Shown: piece after piece, positions 30,608 through 39,811 of the stretch
Position numbering within the stretch: position 1 is the first letter of the stretch
How the letters are laid out: every line of letters begins with the position of its first letter
Virus record (IMG/VR): IMGVR_UViG_3300045988_082043
Length of the DNA: 52,840 nt
Origin: a virus
Strand: one strand, 5' to 3'
Notes under the pieces: model-generated
What the model was told of the DNA's origin: nothing
Database searches by the model: none
The model's input: the letters and a program-made list of their open reading frames with translations, nothing else
Program-made: the position numbers and the translations under genes

Positions 30608-30844
30608 ATGGCAGTTTTCAGCAAGGAGCTGTGCTCCAAGAAACTGAATACATGGCTGGCGGCGGAGGAAGCCGTGGCGACCGGCCAGAGCTATCAGATC
30701 GGGACCCGTATGCTGACGAGAGCCGACCTGAAACAAATCCGGGCGCAAATGGAATACTGGGCGGCGAAGCTGGCAGAGGCCGAAGCCGCTGAGACGACCG
30801 GCGGCAGAAACCGCCTGTACCATTTCGTACCCCGTGATGTGTGA
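30608..30844 (+). CDS. gpW-like head-tail joining protein
   Basis: 78 aa between the terminase and portal genes, as in lambda. ...AEEAVATGQSYQIGTRMLTRADLKQIRAQMEYW. Confidence 0.65.
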   Translation: MAVFSKELCSKKLNTWLAAEEAVATGQSYQIGTRMLTRADLKQIRAQMEYWAAKLAEAEAAETTGGRNRLYHFVPRDV

Positions 30845-30855
30845 GGAGGGCGGCC

Positions 30856-32457
30856 ATGGCAAGGAACTTTATTGACCGCTGCTTCGAGGCCGTGGCCCCG
30901 GTCCATGCGGTGCGCAGGAGCGCCGCGCGGACGGCACTGCAATTTCTGAACAGCGGATACGGCAACTACGGCGCGAACCTGACAAAAAAGAGTATGCGCG
31001 GATGGGAATACCACGGCGGCAGCTCCAAGGAGGACATCGAGGACAACATCGACGTGCTGCGCCAGAGGAGCCGCGACGCCTACATGGGCGTGCCGGTGGC
31101 AGCCTCGGCCCTGAAAACGCTGCGCACGAACGTGGTGGCGGGCGGCCTGATGCCTGCGCCGCAGATCGACGGCACGTTTTTGGGCCTGTCGGCAGAGCAG
31201 ACGGAGGAGCTGCAGGAGAAGATCATCCGGGAGTTCTCCTTGTGGGCGGACACGCCGGAGTGCGACATGGACGGGCTGGGCAATTTCTACAAGCTGCAAC
31301 AGCTTGCCTACCTGGGATACCTGATGAATGGCGACGCATTCGCGGCGTTGCCTATGTGCGAGCAAGTCGGCCAGCCCTACGGCCTGCGTGTGCGCGTGAT
31401 GGAGGCGGACCGTATTTGCAGCCCGGACGGCTACGACCGGCTGGCTCCGTGCACGGTGCGAGGCTATGAGGTCCACAACATCGTACAGGGCGTGGAGACC
31501 AATGCGGAGGGCCGCGTGGTGGCCTACTGGGTGTGCAACCGGCATCCCCTTTCCGACACATCCATGCTGGGCAGCGGCCTGGAATGGACGCGCGTGGAGG
31601 CGCGCGGCGAGCTGACCGGACGGCGGAACATCGTCCATGTGATCACACGGGAGCGAGCGGGCCAGCTACGCGGCGTGCCTGTTCTGGCCCCGGTGCTGGA
31701 AGCACTCAAGCAGTTGGGACGGTACACGGAGGCGGAGATCAACGCGGCGGTCATTTCCGCCATGTTCACGGTGTTCGTGCAGCCCGCCACGGCGACGGAT
31801 GATCGCCCGTTCGGCGAGATGCTGCCGGAGAATATGCTGATCGACGCAGAGGACCAGGGCAGTGTGGAGCTGGGCAACGGCGCTATCGTGGGATTGAACC
31901 CCGGCGAAACCGTATCCTTCGCGGACCCGAAGCACCCAAACGCCGGATACGACAAGTTCACGGAGGCCATGATCAAGCAGATCGGCGCGGCGCTGGAAAT
32001 CCCGCCGGAGGTCATTTCCAAGCAGTTCTCCACCAGCTACAGCGCGGCGCGCGGTGCCCTGAATGAGTTCTGGCGCTCCTGCGATGTGCAGCGCGACGAC
32101 TTTGTGGACAGTTTTTGTCAGCCAATCTATGAGGAGTGGCTGGCGGAGGCCGTGGCGCGGAACCGCATCAAGGCTCCGGGCTTCTTCCAGGACCCGGCCA
32201 TCCGCAAGGCTTATAGCGGGTGCGCGTGGCCCGGCCCGGCCAGAACGAGCCTGAACCCTGTGCAGGAGATCAGCGCGGCGACGAAGCGCGTGGAGGCCGG
32301 TTTCTCCACCGCGCAGGAGGAGACCGCGCAAATGACCGGCGGAAATTATAACCGCAACATCCGCCAGAGAGTGGCGGAGGCCAAGAGAAAGCGGGAGGTG
32401 GACGAGATCGTGGACCCGTCCAGCGCCGCGAGCGAAGGAGGAAATGGAAATGCCTAA
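30856..32457 (+). CDS. portal protein, lambda family
   Basis: About 533 aa directly after gpW. Contains conserved ...TSYSAARGALNEFWR.... Confidence 0.85.
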   Translation: MARNFIDRCFEAVAPVHAVRRSAARTALQFLNSGYGNYGANLTKKSMRGWEYHGGSSKEDIEDNIDVLRQRSRDAYMGVPVAASALKTLRTNVVAGGLMPAPQIDGTFLGLSAEQTEELQEKIIREFSLWADTPECDMDGLGNFYKLQQLAYLGYLMNGDAFAALPMCEQVGQPYGLRVRVMEADRICSPDGYDRLAPCTVRGYEVHNIVQGVETNAEGRVVAYWVCNRHPLSDTSMLGSGLEWTRVEARGELTGRRNIVHVITRERAGQLRGVPVLAPVLEALKQLGRYTEAEINAAVISAMFTVFVQPATATDDRPFGEMLPENMLIDAEDQGSVELGNGAIVGLNPGETVSFADPKHPNAGYDKFTEAMIKQIGAALEIPPEVISKQFSTSYSAARGALNEFWRSCDVQRDDFVDSFCQPIYEEWLAEAVARNRIKAPGFFQDPAIRKAYSGCAWPGPARTSLNPVQEISAATKRVEAGFSTAQEETAQMTGGNYNRNIRQRVAEAKRKREVDEIVDPSSAASEGGNGNA

Positions 32458-33556
32458 ACCGTTTTGGAAGTTTCAGAATGTGGCCGGAGGCAGAGCGGAG
32501 CTGCTGCTGTACGGCGACATTTCAGACAGTACGTGGTGGGGCGACGAGGTAACGCCCAAGCAGTTCGCGGAGGACCTGGACAAGCTGGGAGCCGTGAGCG
32601 AGATCACGGTGCGCATCAACAGCGGCGGCGGAGACGTTTTTGCCGCGCAGACCATCGGCAATCTGCTCGAACAGCACCCTGCGAACGTGGTGGCCCACAT
32701 CGACGGGCTGTGCGCCAGTTCCGCGACCATCGTGGCCTGCCACTGTGACCGCGTTGTGGCGGCCAACGACAGCACCTACATGGTCCACCCGGTACGGCTG
32801 GGCCTGCTGGGCTACTACGACGCCACGACCATGCAGCAGTATTTGAACGCGCTGGACACCATCAAGGAGAACATCATCAGCCTGTACGCGAAGAAGACGG
32901 GCCGGGACAAGGAAGAAGTGACCGGCTGGATGGACGCGACGAGCTGGTGGACAGGCCAGGAGGCCAAGGACAACGGCTTTGTGGACGAGCTTGTGGAGGA
33001 TGTGGAAACGCCGGTGGTGGAAAACCGCGACGGCGTTTTGTTCGTGAACAGCGTGGATATGCACCTGCCTTTCGATAAGGCACCCACCTTCATGCAGAAC
33101 AGTTTGGCAGCACCCACCGCCGCCGGACGTTTTGTAAATAAACCCGGAGCCATGAAACCGGGAGTACAACACGAGGAGGTACAGAACATGGAAATCAAGA
33201 CTGCGGACGACCTGCGCCAGGCTTATCCTGCGCTGGTTGACCAAATCGAGCAGGCGGCGGCTGATCGTGCGACCAACGAGGAGCGCGAGCGCATCCGCGA
33301 CATCGAGGAGATGGCTCTGCCGGGCAGCGAGGAGATCACCGCCGAGGCGAAGTTCACCAAGCCCGTCAGCGCCAGCGACTACGCCAAGGCCGCCATGAAG
33401 CGCGCCAAGGAGCAGGGCAGCGAGTATCTGAACAACGCGAAGGCTGACGCCAAGAACAGCGGCGCGGGCACTGTGGAGAACACGCCCCCTGCCGGTAAGA
33501 CAGACGAGTTCCTGGACGCCATCAAGAGCGTGGGCCAGAACGCGCAGAAGAAGTAA
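32444..33556 (+). CDS. head maturation protease (ClpP/S49-like) fused to a scaffold-like C-terminus
   Basis: AELLLYGDISDSTWWGDEVTPKQFAEDL...ITVRINSGGGDVFAAQTIGNLL...IDGLCASSATIVA, then an acidic, helical C-terminal half. Confidence 0.85.
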   Translation: MEMPKPFWKFQNVAGGRAELLLYGDISDSTWWGDEVTPKQFAEDLDKLGAVSEITVRINSGGGDVFAAQTIGNLLEQHPANVVAHIDGLCASSATIVACHCDRVVAANDSTYMVHPVRLGLLGYYDATTMQQYLNALDTIKENIISLYAKKTGRDKEEVTGWMDATSWWTGQEAKDNGFVDELVEDVETPVVENRDGVLFVNSVDMHLPFDKAPTFMQNSLAAPTAAGRFVNKPGAMKPGVQHEEVQNMEIKTADDLRQAYPALVDQIEQAAADRATNEERERIRDIEEMALPGSEEITAEAKFTKPVSASDYAKAAMKRAKEQGSEYLNNAKADAKNSGAGTVENTPPAGKTDEFLDAIKSVGQNAQKK

Positions 33557-33570
33557 GGGAGGGCAACAGC

Positions 33571-33906
33571 ATGAGCATGGATTTAGCGAGAAAGACTTTT
33601 TCCTGCGAGCCTGAGTATTTCATCGCAGGCACCAACATCCGCATCGCCACGGCGGTGAAGGAAGCGGGCGCTGACCTGAGCGCCCATACCCCCGTCCTTC
33701 TGGCGGAGGGCAAGGTCACTCCCGTGGCTGAGGCTGCGAAGCTGACCGGCCTGTACGGCGTGACCGCCGAAGCCGCCAAGAGCGGCGAGGACGCCATCAT
33801 CTACCTTTCCGGCGAGTTCTTCGCTGATGCGCTGGTCCTGCCTGCGGGCATGACTGCCGCTGATGTGGAGGTCCCGCTGCGCAACCTCGGCATCTACTTG
33901 AAGTAA
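33571..33906 (+). CDS. head decoration protein (gpD-like)
   Basis: 111 aa between the protease and the capsid gene. Contains ...GLYGVTAEAAKSGEDAIIYLSGEFFADAL.... Confidence 0.7.
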   Translation: MSMDLARKTFSCEPEYFIAGTNIRIATAVKEAGADLSAHTPVLLAEGKVTPVAEAAKLTGLYGVTAEAAKSGEDAIIYLSGEFFADALVLPAGMTAADVEVPLRNLGIYLK

Positions 33907-33921
33907 GGAGGAAACAGAGAT

Positions 33922-34974
33922 ATGCCTAACGAAGTGAATATCTATACCCCCCGCTATCTGGCGGAGGTCGTGAGACAGGCACCGCCTATCCACACTTATT
34001 TCCGCGACACCTTTTTCACCAACATCAAGACCTTCTCCACCGAGCGCGTGGACATCGACCTGGTGAAGGGCGACCGCCGCATGGCCGCCTTCGTGCATCC
34101 CCGCGTCGGCGGGCAGGTGCTCAAGGCCAACGGCTTTAGCACCGAGAGCTACAAGCCGCCCCTGATTAACCCCTACGACGTGACCACGGCGGACCAGCAC
34201 ATGACCCGCCTGCCCGGCGAGGACCTGTACAGCGGCATGACCCCGGCCCAGCGCGCGGCCCGCAAGCTGATGGACGAGTACAACCGCCTGAACGACGCCA
34301 CCACGCGCCGCGAGGAGTGGATGTGCGTGCAGGCCGTCGTCACCGGCCAAATCCCCATCGTCGGCCCCGGCGTGAACGAGGTGATCGACTTCGGCTTCAC
34401 CAACAAGATCAAGCTGGACGGCACGAAACAGTGGGGCAAGACCGCTGCCAAGCCCATCGAGGACCTGGAAGACTGGACCGAGAAGGTGCTGACCGGCGGC
34501 TTCACCAACGTGGACCGCGTGATCATGGGCAAGGCTGCTCTGCGCGCCTTCATCAACGACGAGAAGGTGCAGAAGCTCCTCGACAACCGCCGCATCAACA
34601 TCGGCGGCTATGACCCCCGCGACCTGCCTAACGGCGTGAAGTATTACGGCCACCTGACCAGCCCGAACATCGACCTGTATACCTACGGCGAGGTGTATCT
34701 GGACGACTGGACCGACCCTGAGACCCCGGCTGTGAAGCCCCTGGTCCCGGAGAACGTGGTCATTCTGATCTCCGGCCAGTCCAACTTCATGCTGGCCTAC
34801 GGCGCGTGCACCTACATCGAGGACAGCACGCAGCAGTGGGTGACGGCGGAGACCAGCCGCCTGCTGCGCAGCTATGTGGAGCATCACCCCGACCGCCGCA
34901 TGGTGGAGCTGCAGGCCCATCCACTGCCTATCCCCGACAAGGTGGATAGCTGGCTGGTGGCCGAAGTGTGCTGA
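33922..34974 (+). CDS. major capsid protein, gpE (lambda) family
   Basis: 350 aa. IYTPRYLAEVVRQAPPIHTYFRDTFFTN...ERVDIDLVKGDRRMAAFVHPRVGG matches the capsid-E family N-terminus. Confidence 0.85.
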   Translation: MPNEVNIYTPRYLAEVVRQAPPIHTYFRDTFFTNIKTFSTERVDIDLVKGDRRMAAFVHPRVGGQVLKANGFSTESYKPPLINPYDVTTADQHMTRLPGEDLYSGMTPAQRAARKLMDEYNRLNDATTRREEWMCVQAVVTGQIPIVGPGVNEVIDFGFTNKIKLDGTKQWGKTAAKPIEDLEDWTEKVLTGGFTNVDRVIMGKAALRAFINDEKVQKLLDNRRINIGGYDPRDLPNGVKYYGHLTSPNIDLYTYGEVYLDDWTDPETPAVKPLVPENVVILISGQSNFMLAYGACTYIEDSTQQWVTAETSRLLRSYVEHHPDRRMVELQAHPLPIPDKVDSWLVAEVC

Positions 34975-34975
34975 G

Positions 34976-35389
34976 ATGGCACTGTTCGAGCTGAAACAGG
35001 ACTATGGGAATGAGGCGGAGGGGCTGCCCCCTCCGCCTACGTTCAAGGACTGCGCGGCGGCGGACATCGACACCGTGTTCTTCAACGGCAACGAGCACGC
35101 CGACCGGCACATCATCGACGGCAAGGACGTTCTTGTGGTGATCGTGGAAGGCGGAACACGGGAGCACAATTCACACTGGGAGGCGGGAGCCAAGCAGAAC
35201 TTCGACACCGGACTGTACAAGGCGCACACCATCCTGTATATCCGCACGGAGGACTACGGGCCGAAGCCGAAGGTAGGAAAGCCGCTGGTGATGGACGCCG
35301 GGACGGACCATAAGCGCACCTTCGACATTATGAAGTGCGAGGAGGAGTGCGGGGTCTTCCGCATGACGTTACAGAGGACGAGACAATGA
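34976..35389 (+). CDS. head-tail connector/completion protein (unassigned family)
   Basis: 137 aa at a position typical for head-closure genes. Confidence 0.5.
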   Translation: MALFELKQDYGNEAEGLPPPPTFKDCAAADIDTVFFNGNEHADRHIIDGKDVLVVIVEGGTREHNSHWEAGAKQNFDTGLYKAHTILYIRTEDYGPKPKVGKPLVMDAGTDHKRTFDIMKCEEECGVFRMTLQRTRQ

Positions 35390-36060
35390 GCAACGTGCGA
35401 TATAACGCGGGGACTATGACCATCGAGGTCGATGGCCTGGACGATGTGAGCGCGGTGCTGGGCGACCTGCGGAAGAAGACCCCGGCGGTGGCGAAGGTCG
35501 CCATCAACGCCACGGCCCGGCAGGCCCGCAAGCTGATGATCGCGGAGGCGAAGGCCCGGTACGCGGTGAACAGCGCGGGCAAGCGGCACCTGAGCGACCT
35601 GGTGCAGCGCAAGAAGGCCAGCAACAGCAGTCTGAGCGCGGAGCTGCGCATCGCCAGCTACCGCAACGACCTGGGCTATTTCCAGACCAGGCCCAACCGC
35701 CCCTTCATGGGGCATGACGTGGCGCTGGCCCCGGAATATTTCACGGCCCGCGTGCTGAAAACATCCCCCATGAAACCGCTGACCGGCAAGGGCCGGTTAA
35801 GCAAGGGCTTCCTGGTGGAGTTCAAGAGCGGCCACGTGGGCATGGTGCAGCGCATCGTGGGCACGGGGCGGTTCCACTACACCGTGCGCAGCGGCGCACC
35901 GAGCACCAGCGACAAGATGCAGACCATGGGCAGCCCCAGCGCGGCGGCGATGCACTCGACCATCTGGCCGGAAGTGGAGCCGGAGGTGGAGCTGTTCCTG
36001 GCGGCAAAGCTGACCGAGCGGGCCGAGCAGGTCTTGGCACGAGCAAAGAGAAAGGCGTGA
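35386..36060 (+). CDS. HK97 gp10-like head-tail/tail-completion protein
   Basis: 224 aa, ATGA-coupled. N-terminal ...LDDVSAVLGDLRKKTPAVAKVAINATARQARKLMIAEAK... has the gp10-family pattern. Confidence 0.55.
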   Translation: MSNVRYNAGTMTIEVDGLDDVSAVLGDLRKKTPAVAKVAINATARQARKLMIAEAKARYAVNSAGKRHLSDLVQRKKASNSSLSAELRIASYRNDLGYFQTRPNRPFMGHDVALAPEYFTARVLKTSPMKPLTGKGRLSKGFLVEFKSGHVGMVQRIVGTGRFHYTVRSGAPSTSDKMQTMGSPSAAAMHSTIWPEVEPEVELFLAAKLTERAEQVLARAKRKA

Positions 36061-36064
36061 GGAC

Positions 36065-36580
36065 ATGAAAGAGACGATGAAAGTGGGCATCGGCCAAACG
36101 CCGCAGCTCTGCCAGGACGCATTGATCGAGATGCTGCGCGAGCTGTTCGCCGGGAAGAAGTACAACGGCCAGGAGGGGCGGAAGCCGCTTGCGTTCTTCA
36201 AGCAGGACCTTCCCATCCCGGAGGAGAACGATGTGGACGCCGACACCGACGTGGCGCACGCGCCCTACATCGTGGTACGCATGACCGGCGGAGAGATCGC
36301 GGACGATAAAAGCCCGCAGACGGTGGAGTTCAGCCTGATCATCTGCGCCTATGACACCGGCATCGAGCGGGCGGGCTTTCAGGATGTCGCCAACATCAAG
36401 GAGGACATCGTGCAGAGAGCGTGCACCGCGCCGTACTTCGGCGGGGCCTTCACCATCCTAAAGCCTATCGCCTGGGCCTTGCAGCAGGACGACACGGCCC
36501 CGTACTACTACGGAGCCGTGACCATGAACTGTACAGCTCCGGCCATGACCCAAGACACCGAATTGGAGGGACTGCTATGA
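36065..36580 (+). CDS. tail completion / sheath-terminator-like protein
   Basis: 171 aa upstream of the sheath gene. Confidence 0.45.
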   Translation: MKETMKVGIGQTPQLCQDALIEMLRELFAGKKYNGQEGRKPLAFFKQDLPIPEENDVDADTDVAHAPYIVVRMTGGEIADDKSPQTVEFSLIICAYDTGIERAGFQDVANIKEDIVQRACTAPYFGGAFTILKPIAWALQQDDTAPYYYGAVTMNCTAPAMTQDTELEGLL

Positions 36581-36909
36581 GCAAGAGAACAGAACCCCGC
36601 GCGGCGGATATGGCCGCGCCCATGAGCGAAGCCGCTGCGGCGGCGGAGGCCAAGACTGCCGCTCCCGTGGAGCAGGAAGCGAAGACCGGCCCCGTTGTCT
36701 ACTGCGGCCCCAGCGTGCGCGGCGTCGCCAGACAGTACACCGTGTACGCGGGCACCATTCCTGCCGCGCTGGCAGACTTCATTCAGGCCCATCCGGCGGC
36801 CAAGGGGCTGCTGGTGAGCGTGGGCCGTTTCGCTCAGGTGAGAAGCAACCTGGGCAGGAGCGGGACGGCGGAGGCCATCCTGTTCCAGAAAATCAAATCC
36901 GAATTGTAA
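36577..36909 (+). CDS. hypothetical structural-module protein
   Basis: 110 aa from ATG 36577, ATGA-coupled. Confidence 0.5.
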   Translation: MSKRTEPRAADMAAPMSEAAAAAEAKTAAPVEQEAKTGPVVYCGPSVRGVARQYTVYAGTIPAALADFIQAHPAAKGLLVSVGRFAQVRSNLGRSGTAEAILFQKIKSEL

Positions 36910-36926
36910 GAAGGAGGAAAGAACGT

Positions 36927-38369
36927 ATGTATCGACATGGCATTTACGTCAGCGAGCAGGAAACCAGCATGATCGCTCCGCTGAACGGAACAGCCGGTTT
37001 GCAGGTCGTGATCGGGACTGCCCCGGTGCATCTGCTGGCGGACCCGGCTGCGGCCATCAATAAGCCTCTGCTGGTATACAGCAAGGCGGAAGCCATCGCT
37101 GCCGTTGGGTACAGCGACGACTTTGCGAGCTTCACCCTCTGCGAAGCGATCTCCGCATCGTTCGCGGTGGTGAACGTGGCTCCCCTGGTGCTGATCAATG
37201 TGCTGGACCCGGCCAAGCACTCCGCCGAGATGGAGGAGAAGACCGTGCAGATCAACAGCGGCATGGCCGTTGTTGAGGAGACGGGCGTGCTCCTGAGCGC
37301 TCTGGTGGTGAAAAACGGCGAGGAGACGCTGACCGCCGAGGAGGACTACACCGCCGTCTATAACTCCGACGGCACTGTGAGCATCGTCCTGATCGAGGGC
37401 GGCAAGACCGACGGCGCGACCAACCTGACCGTTTCCGGCAAGAAGGTGGACGCCAGCAAAGTGACCGCTGCCGACATCGTGGGCGGCGTGGACGCGGCCA
37501 CCGGCACGGAGACCGGCCTGGAAGTCGTGCGCCAGGTCTACCCCAAGCTGGGTATGACCCCCGGCATCCTGACGGCTCCCCGTTTCAGCGCCAACGCGAC
37601 CGTGAGCGCGGCCCTGCAGGCGAAGACGAAGGAGATCAACGGCGTATTCAAGTGCGTGTGCATCGCGGACGTGGACAGCGGCGCGGACGGCGCGCGCAAG
37701 TACGCGGACGTGAAGGAGCAGAAGGAGCGCCAGGCTTTGACCGACCCGAACGCCTACGGCGTGTGGGGATACGGCAAGGTGGGCGACGTGATGTACAGCG
37801 GCTCCGCCCTGGCCTCCGCCCTGACCGCCTACACCGACGCGGCCAACGACGACATCCCCAGCAACCCCAGCAATAAGACCATTGCCATCAGCGCCATGTG
37901 CCTTGCCGACGGCACCGAGGTCCTGCTGGACCAGGACCAGGCCAACGTGGTCAACAGCTACGGCGTGGCGACCTGGCTGAACATGAACGGCTTCCGCCTG
38001 TGGGGCAACCGCACCTGCGCCTACCCCGGCAACACGGACCCGAAGGACAGCTTTTTCTCCTGCCGCCGCTACATGAGCTGGCGCGCCAACAGCTTCATCC
38101 TGACGTATTTCCAGAAGGTGGACAGCCCTCTGAACAAGCGCCTGATCGAAGCCATCGTGGACAGCGAGAACGTGCGCGGCAACGGGTATGTCGCCATGGG
38201 CGTCGCCGCAAGGGACGAGATCGTGTACAACGAGGACGAGAACCCCGTCACCGACCTGATGAACGGCAAGATCACCTTCCACCAGTACATGACCCCGTAC
38301 ACCCCGGCGGAGGACATCGAGGACATCATCGAGTTCGACCCCGACGCGCTGGTAAGCGCACTGAGCTGA
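36927..38369 (+). CDS. contractile tail sheath protein
   Basis: 480 aa. N-terminus YRHGIYVSEQETSMIAPLNGTAGLQVVIGTAPVH is typical of sheath proteins. Followed by the tube gene. Confidence 0.9.
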   Translation: MYRHGIYVSEQETSMIAPLNGTAGLQVVIGTAPVHLLADPAAAINKPLLVYSKAEAIAAVGYSDDFASFTLCEAISASFAVVNVAPLVLINVLDPAKHSAEMEEKTVQINSGMAVVEETGVLLSALVVKNGEETLTAEEDYTAVYNSDGTVSIVLIEGGKTDGATNLTVSGKKVDASKVTAADIVGGVDAATGTETGLEVVRQVYPKLGMTPGILTAPRFSANATVSAALQAKTKEINGVFKCVCIADVDSGADGARKYADVKEQKERQALTDPNAYGVWGYGKVGDVMYSGSALASALTAYTDAANDDIPSNPSNKTIAISAMCLADGTEVLLDQDQANVVNSYGVATWLNMNGFRLWGNRTCAYPGNTDPKDSFFSCRRYMSWRANSFILTYFQKVDSPLNKRLIEAIVDSENVRGNGYVAMGVAARDEIVYNEDENPVTDLMNGKITFHQYMTPYTPAEDIEDIIEFDPDALVSALS

Positions 38370-38387
38370 TAAGGGAGGTACGAAAAC

Positions 38388-38915
38388 ATGAGCATCAGCA
38401 ACAACTACATCCCTGAGAAGATCAACGACTTCAACACCTATCTGGACGGTAACAAGATGATCGGCGTGGCCGCGTCTGTTACGCTGCCGGAGGTGAAGAT
38501 GAAGACCAGCACCGTCTCCGGCGCTGGCATCAACGGCGAGATCGACAGCCCCACCATCGGCCAGTTCGAGAGCATGGAGCAGGAGATCGACTTCAATGTG
38601 CTGTACAGCAGCGCCATGGATATGCTTTCTCCCCTCTCCGTGGTAAACCTGACGCTGCGCGCCGCCCAGCAGGTCTATGATAAGACCGGCGGCTACGCCT
38701 TCAAGGGCCTGCGCGTGGTGGAGATGGGCCGCGTGAAGACCTTCAACCCCGGAAAGGTGGAGAAGGGCGAAGGCATGGAGGCCAAGGTGACGCTTGAGCT
38801 GACCTATCTGCTGGTGGAGAACGACGGCTCCCCGCTGCTGGAAGTGGACAAGCTGAACGGCGTCTACAAGGTCAACGGCGTGGATATGCTGGCGGGCATC
38901 TCCGAGCTGACCTGA
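38388..38915 (+). CDS. tail tube protein (P2 FII-like)
   Basis: 175 aa. IPEKINDFNTYLDGNKMIGVAASVTLPEVKMKTSTVSGAG... Confidence 0.85.
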   Translation: MSISNNYIPEKINDFNTYLDGNKMIGVAASVTLPEVKMKTSTVSGAGINGEIDSPTIGQFESMEQEIDFNVLYSSAMDMLSPLSVVNLTLRAAQQVYDKTGGYAFKGLRVVEMGRVKTFNPGKVEKGEGMEAKVTLELTYLLVENDGSPLLEVDKLNGVYKVNGVDMLAGISELT

Positions 38916-38943
38916 TAAGGCCAGAAAGTCAAAGATGAAACGA

Positions 38944-38983
38944 GCAGGCTCTACTCTCTGCACCGGCGGAGGGTAGGGCCTGC
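38944..38983 (+). promoter_or_regulatory. 15-bp stem-loop between the tube and chaperone genes
   Basis: gcaggctctactctc / ggagggtagggcctgc with two G.T pairs (specific to the + strand). No T-run, so probably an mRNA stability or attenuation element. Confidence 0.4.
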
Positions 38984-39014
38984 GCCATATTCAAAAATCG
39001 AAAGGAGCAGCACT

Positions 39015-39662
39015 ATGAGCGAAGAAAAGAACATGATGGCGGAGGCCAACGAGGAAACCGCGCAGACCACGCAGAGCGAGCGCGTGATCGACCTGGGCAA
39101 GCCCTACAAGTTCGAGGGCACGGAATACACTTCCATCGACCTGAGCGGACTGGATAAGCTGACGGTGAAGGACGCCATCGACGCCCAGCGCCAGCTTTTC
39201 AACGAGCGGGAGGTGGCCGCCGCCATGCTGTGCGAGACCACGACCGCGTTTGCAAGGGCCATCGCCGCGAAGGCGGCGGAGCTGCCCATCGAGTTTTTCA
39301 AGCTGATGCCGCGCGGGGCCAGCCGCAGAGTGGCCGGTGTCGTGCGCAACTACATGAACGTGGATGCCGCGACGGAGAACCACGTGATGCAGCTTGAGGA
39401 GCCGTATCACTTCAAGGGCCAGACCTACACGGAGGTGGACCTGAACGGCATCGCGGACCTGAACAGCATGAACGAGAGCGAGGCAGAGAACCGGCTGGCA
39501 CGCGCTGGCTTTATGGTGACGGAGACCTCCTTCAACTACCTGTTCGCCTGCATCCTTGCGAGCATGGCGACGGGACTGCCGGAGGAGTTCTTCACGGGAC
39601 TGCCGCTGCGCGAGGTGCTGAAACTGAAAAACGCGGTGAACGACAGCGGTTTTTTCGAGTAA
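39015..39662 (+). CDS. tail assembly chaperone (gpE/G-like), zero-frame product
   Basis: 215 aa with an internal duplication (GKPYKFEGTEYTSIDLSGLDKL / EEPYHFKGQTYTEVDLNGIADL). Directly upstream of the tape measure gene. Confidence 0.8.
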   Translation: MSEEKNMMAEANEETAQTTQSERVIDLGKPYKFEGTEYTSIDLSGLDKLTVKDAIDAQRQLFNEREVAAAMLCETTTAFARAIAAKAAELPIEFFKLMPRGASRRVAGVVRNYMNVDAATENHVMQLEEPYHFKGQTYTEVDLNGIADLNSMNESEAENRLARAGFMVTETSFNYLFACILASMATGLPEEFFTGLPLREVLKLKNAVNDSGFFE

Positions 39663-39811
39663 AGGGCGGGGCGAAAGCCTTACGCCAAGCGGCCATCCGC
39701 CTGTCAGCGGTCACGAGAACGGGCGTGGACTTCTACCTGAAACTGCCCGTCGAGGAGTTTATCGCGCTGAATAACGAGGTGGCGGAGGAATGGCACAGAA
39801 CAAAACATTAG
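39650..39811 (+). CDS. -1 frameshift extension of the tail chaperone (gpE'/GT-like)
   Basis: Slippery heptamer T_TTT_TTC at 39650-39656, 4 nt before the zero-frame TAA. The -1 frame stays open for 51 further codons (...VDFYLKLPVEEFIALNNEVAEEWHRTKH) to TAG 39809-39811, overlapping the tape-measure start. Confidence 0.75.
   Translation, partial: FFRVKGGAKALRQAAIRLSAVTRTGVDFYLKLPVEEFIALNNEVAEEWHRTKH

Noticed and set aside
36834-38963. 709-aa minus-strand ORF. Similar long antisense ORFs occur at 3077-4597, 13293-14387, 28852-30372, 33583-34920, 41694-43479, 43103-44707 and 47626-50691.
   Set aside because: These are GC-rich shadow ORFs opposite well-supported structural, lysis or MTase genes. 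Their composition is low-complexity and they have no RBS.
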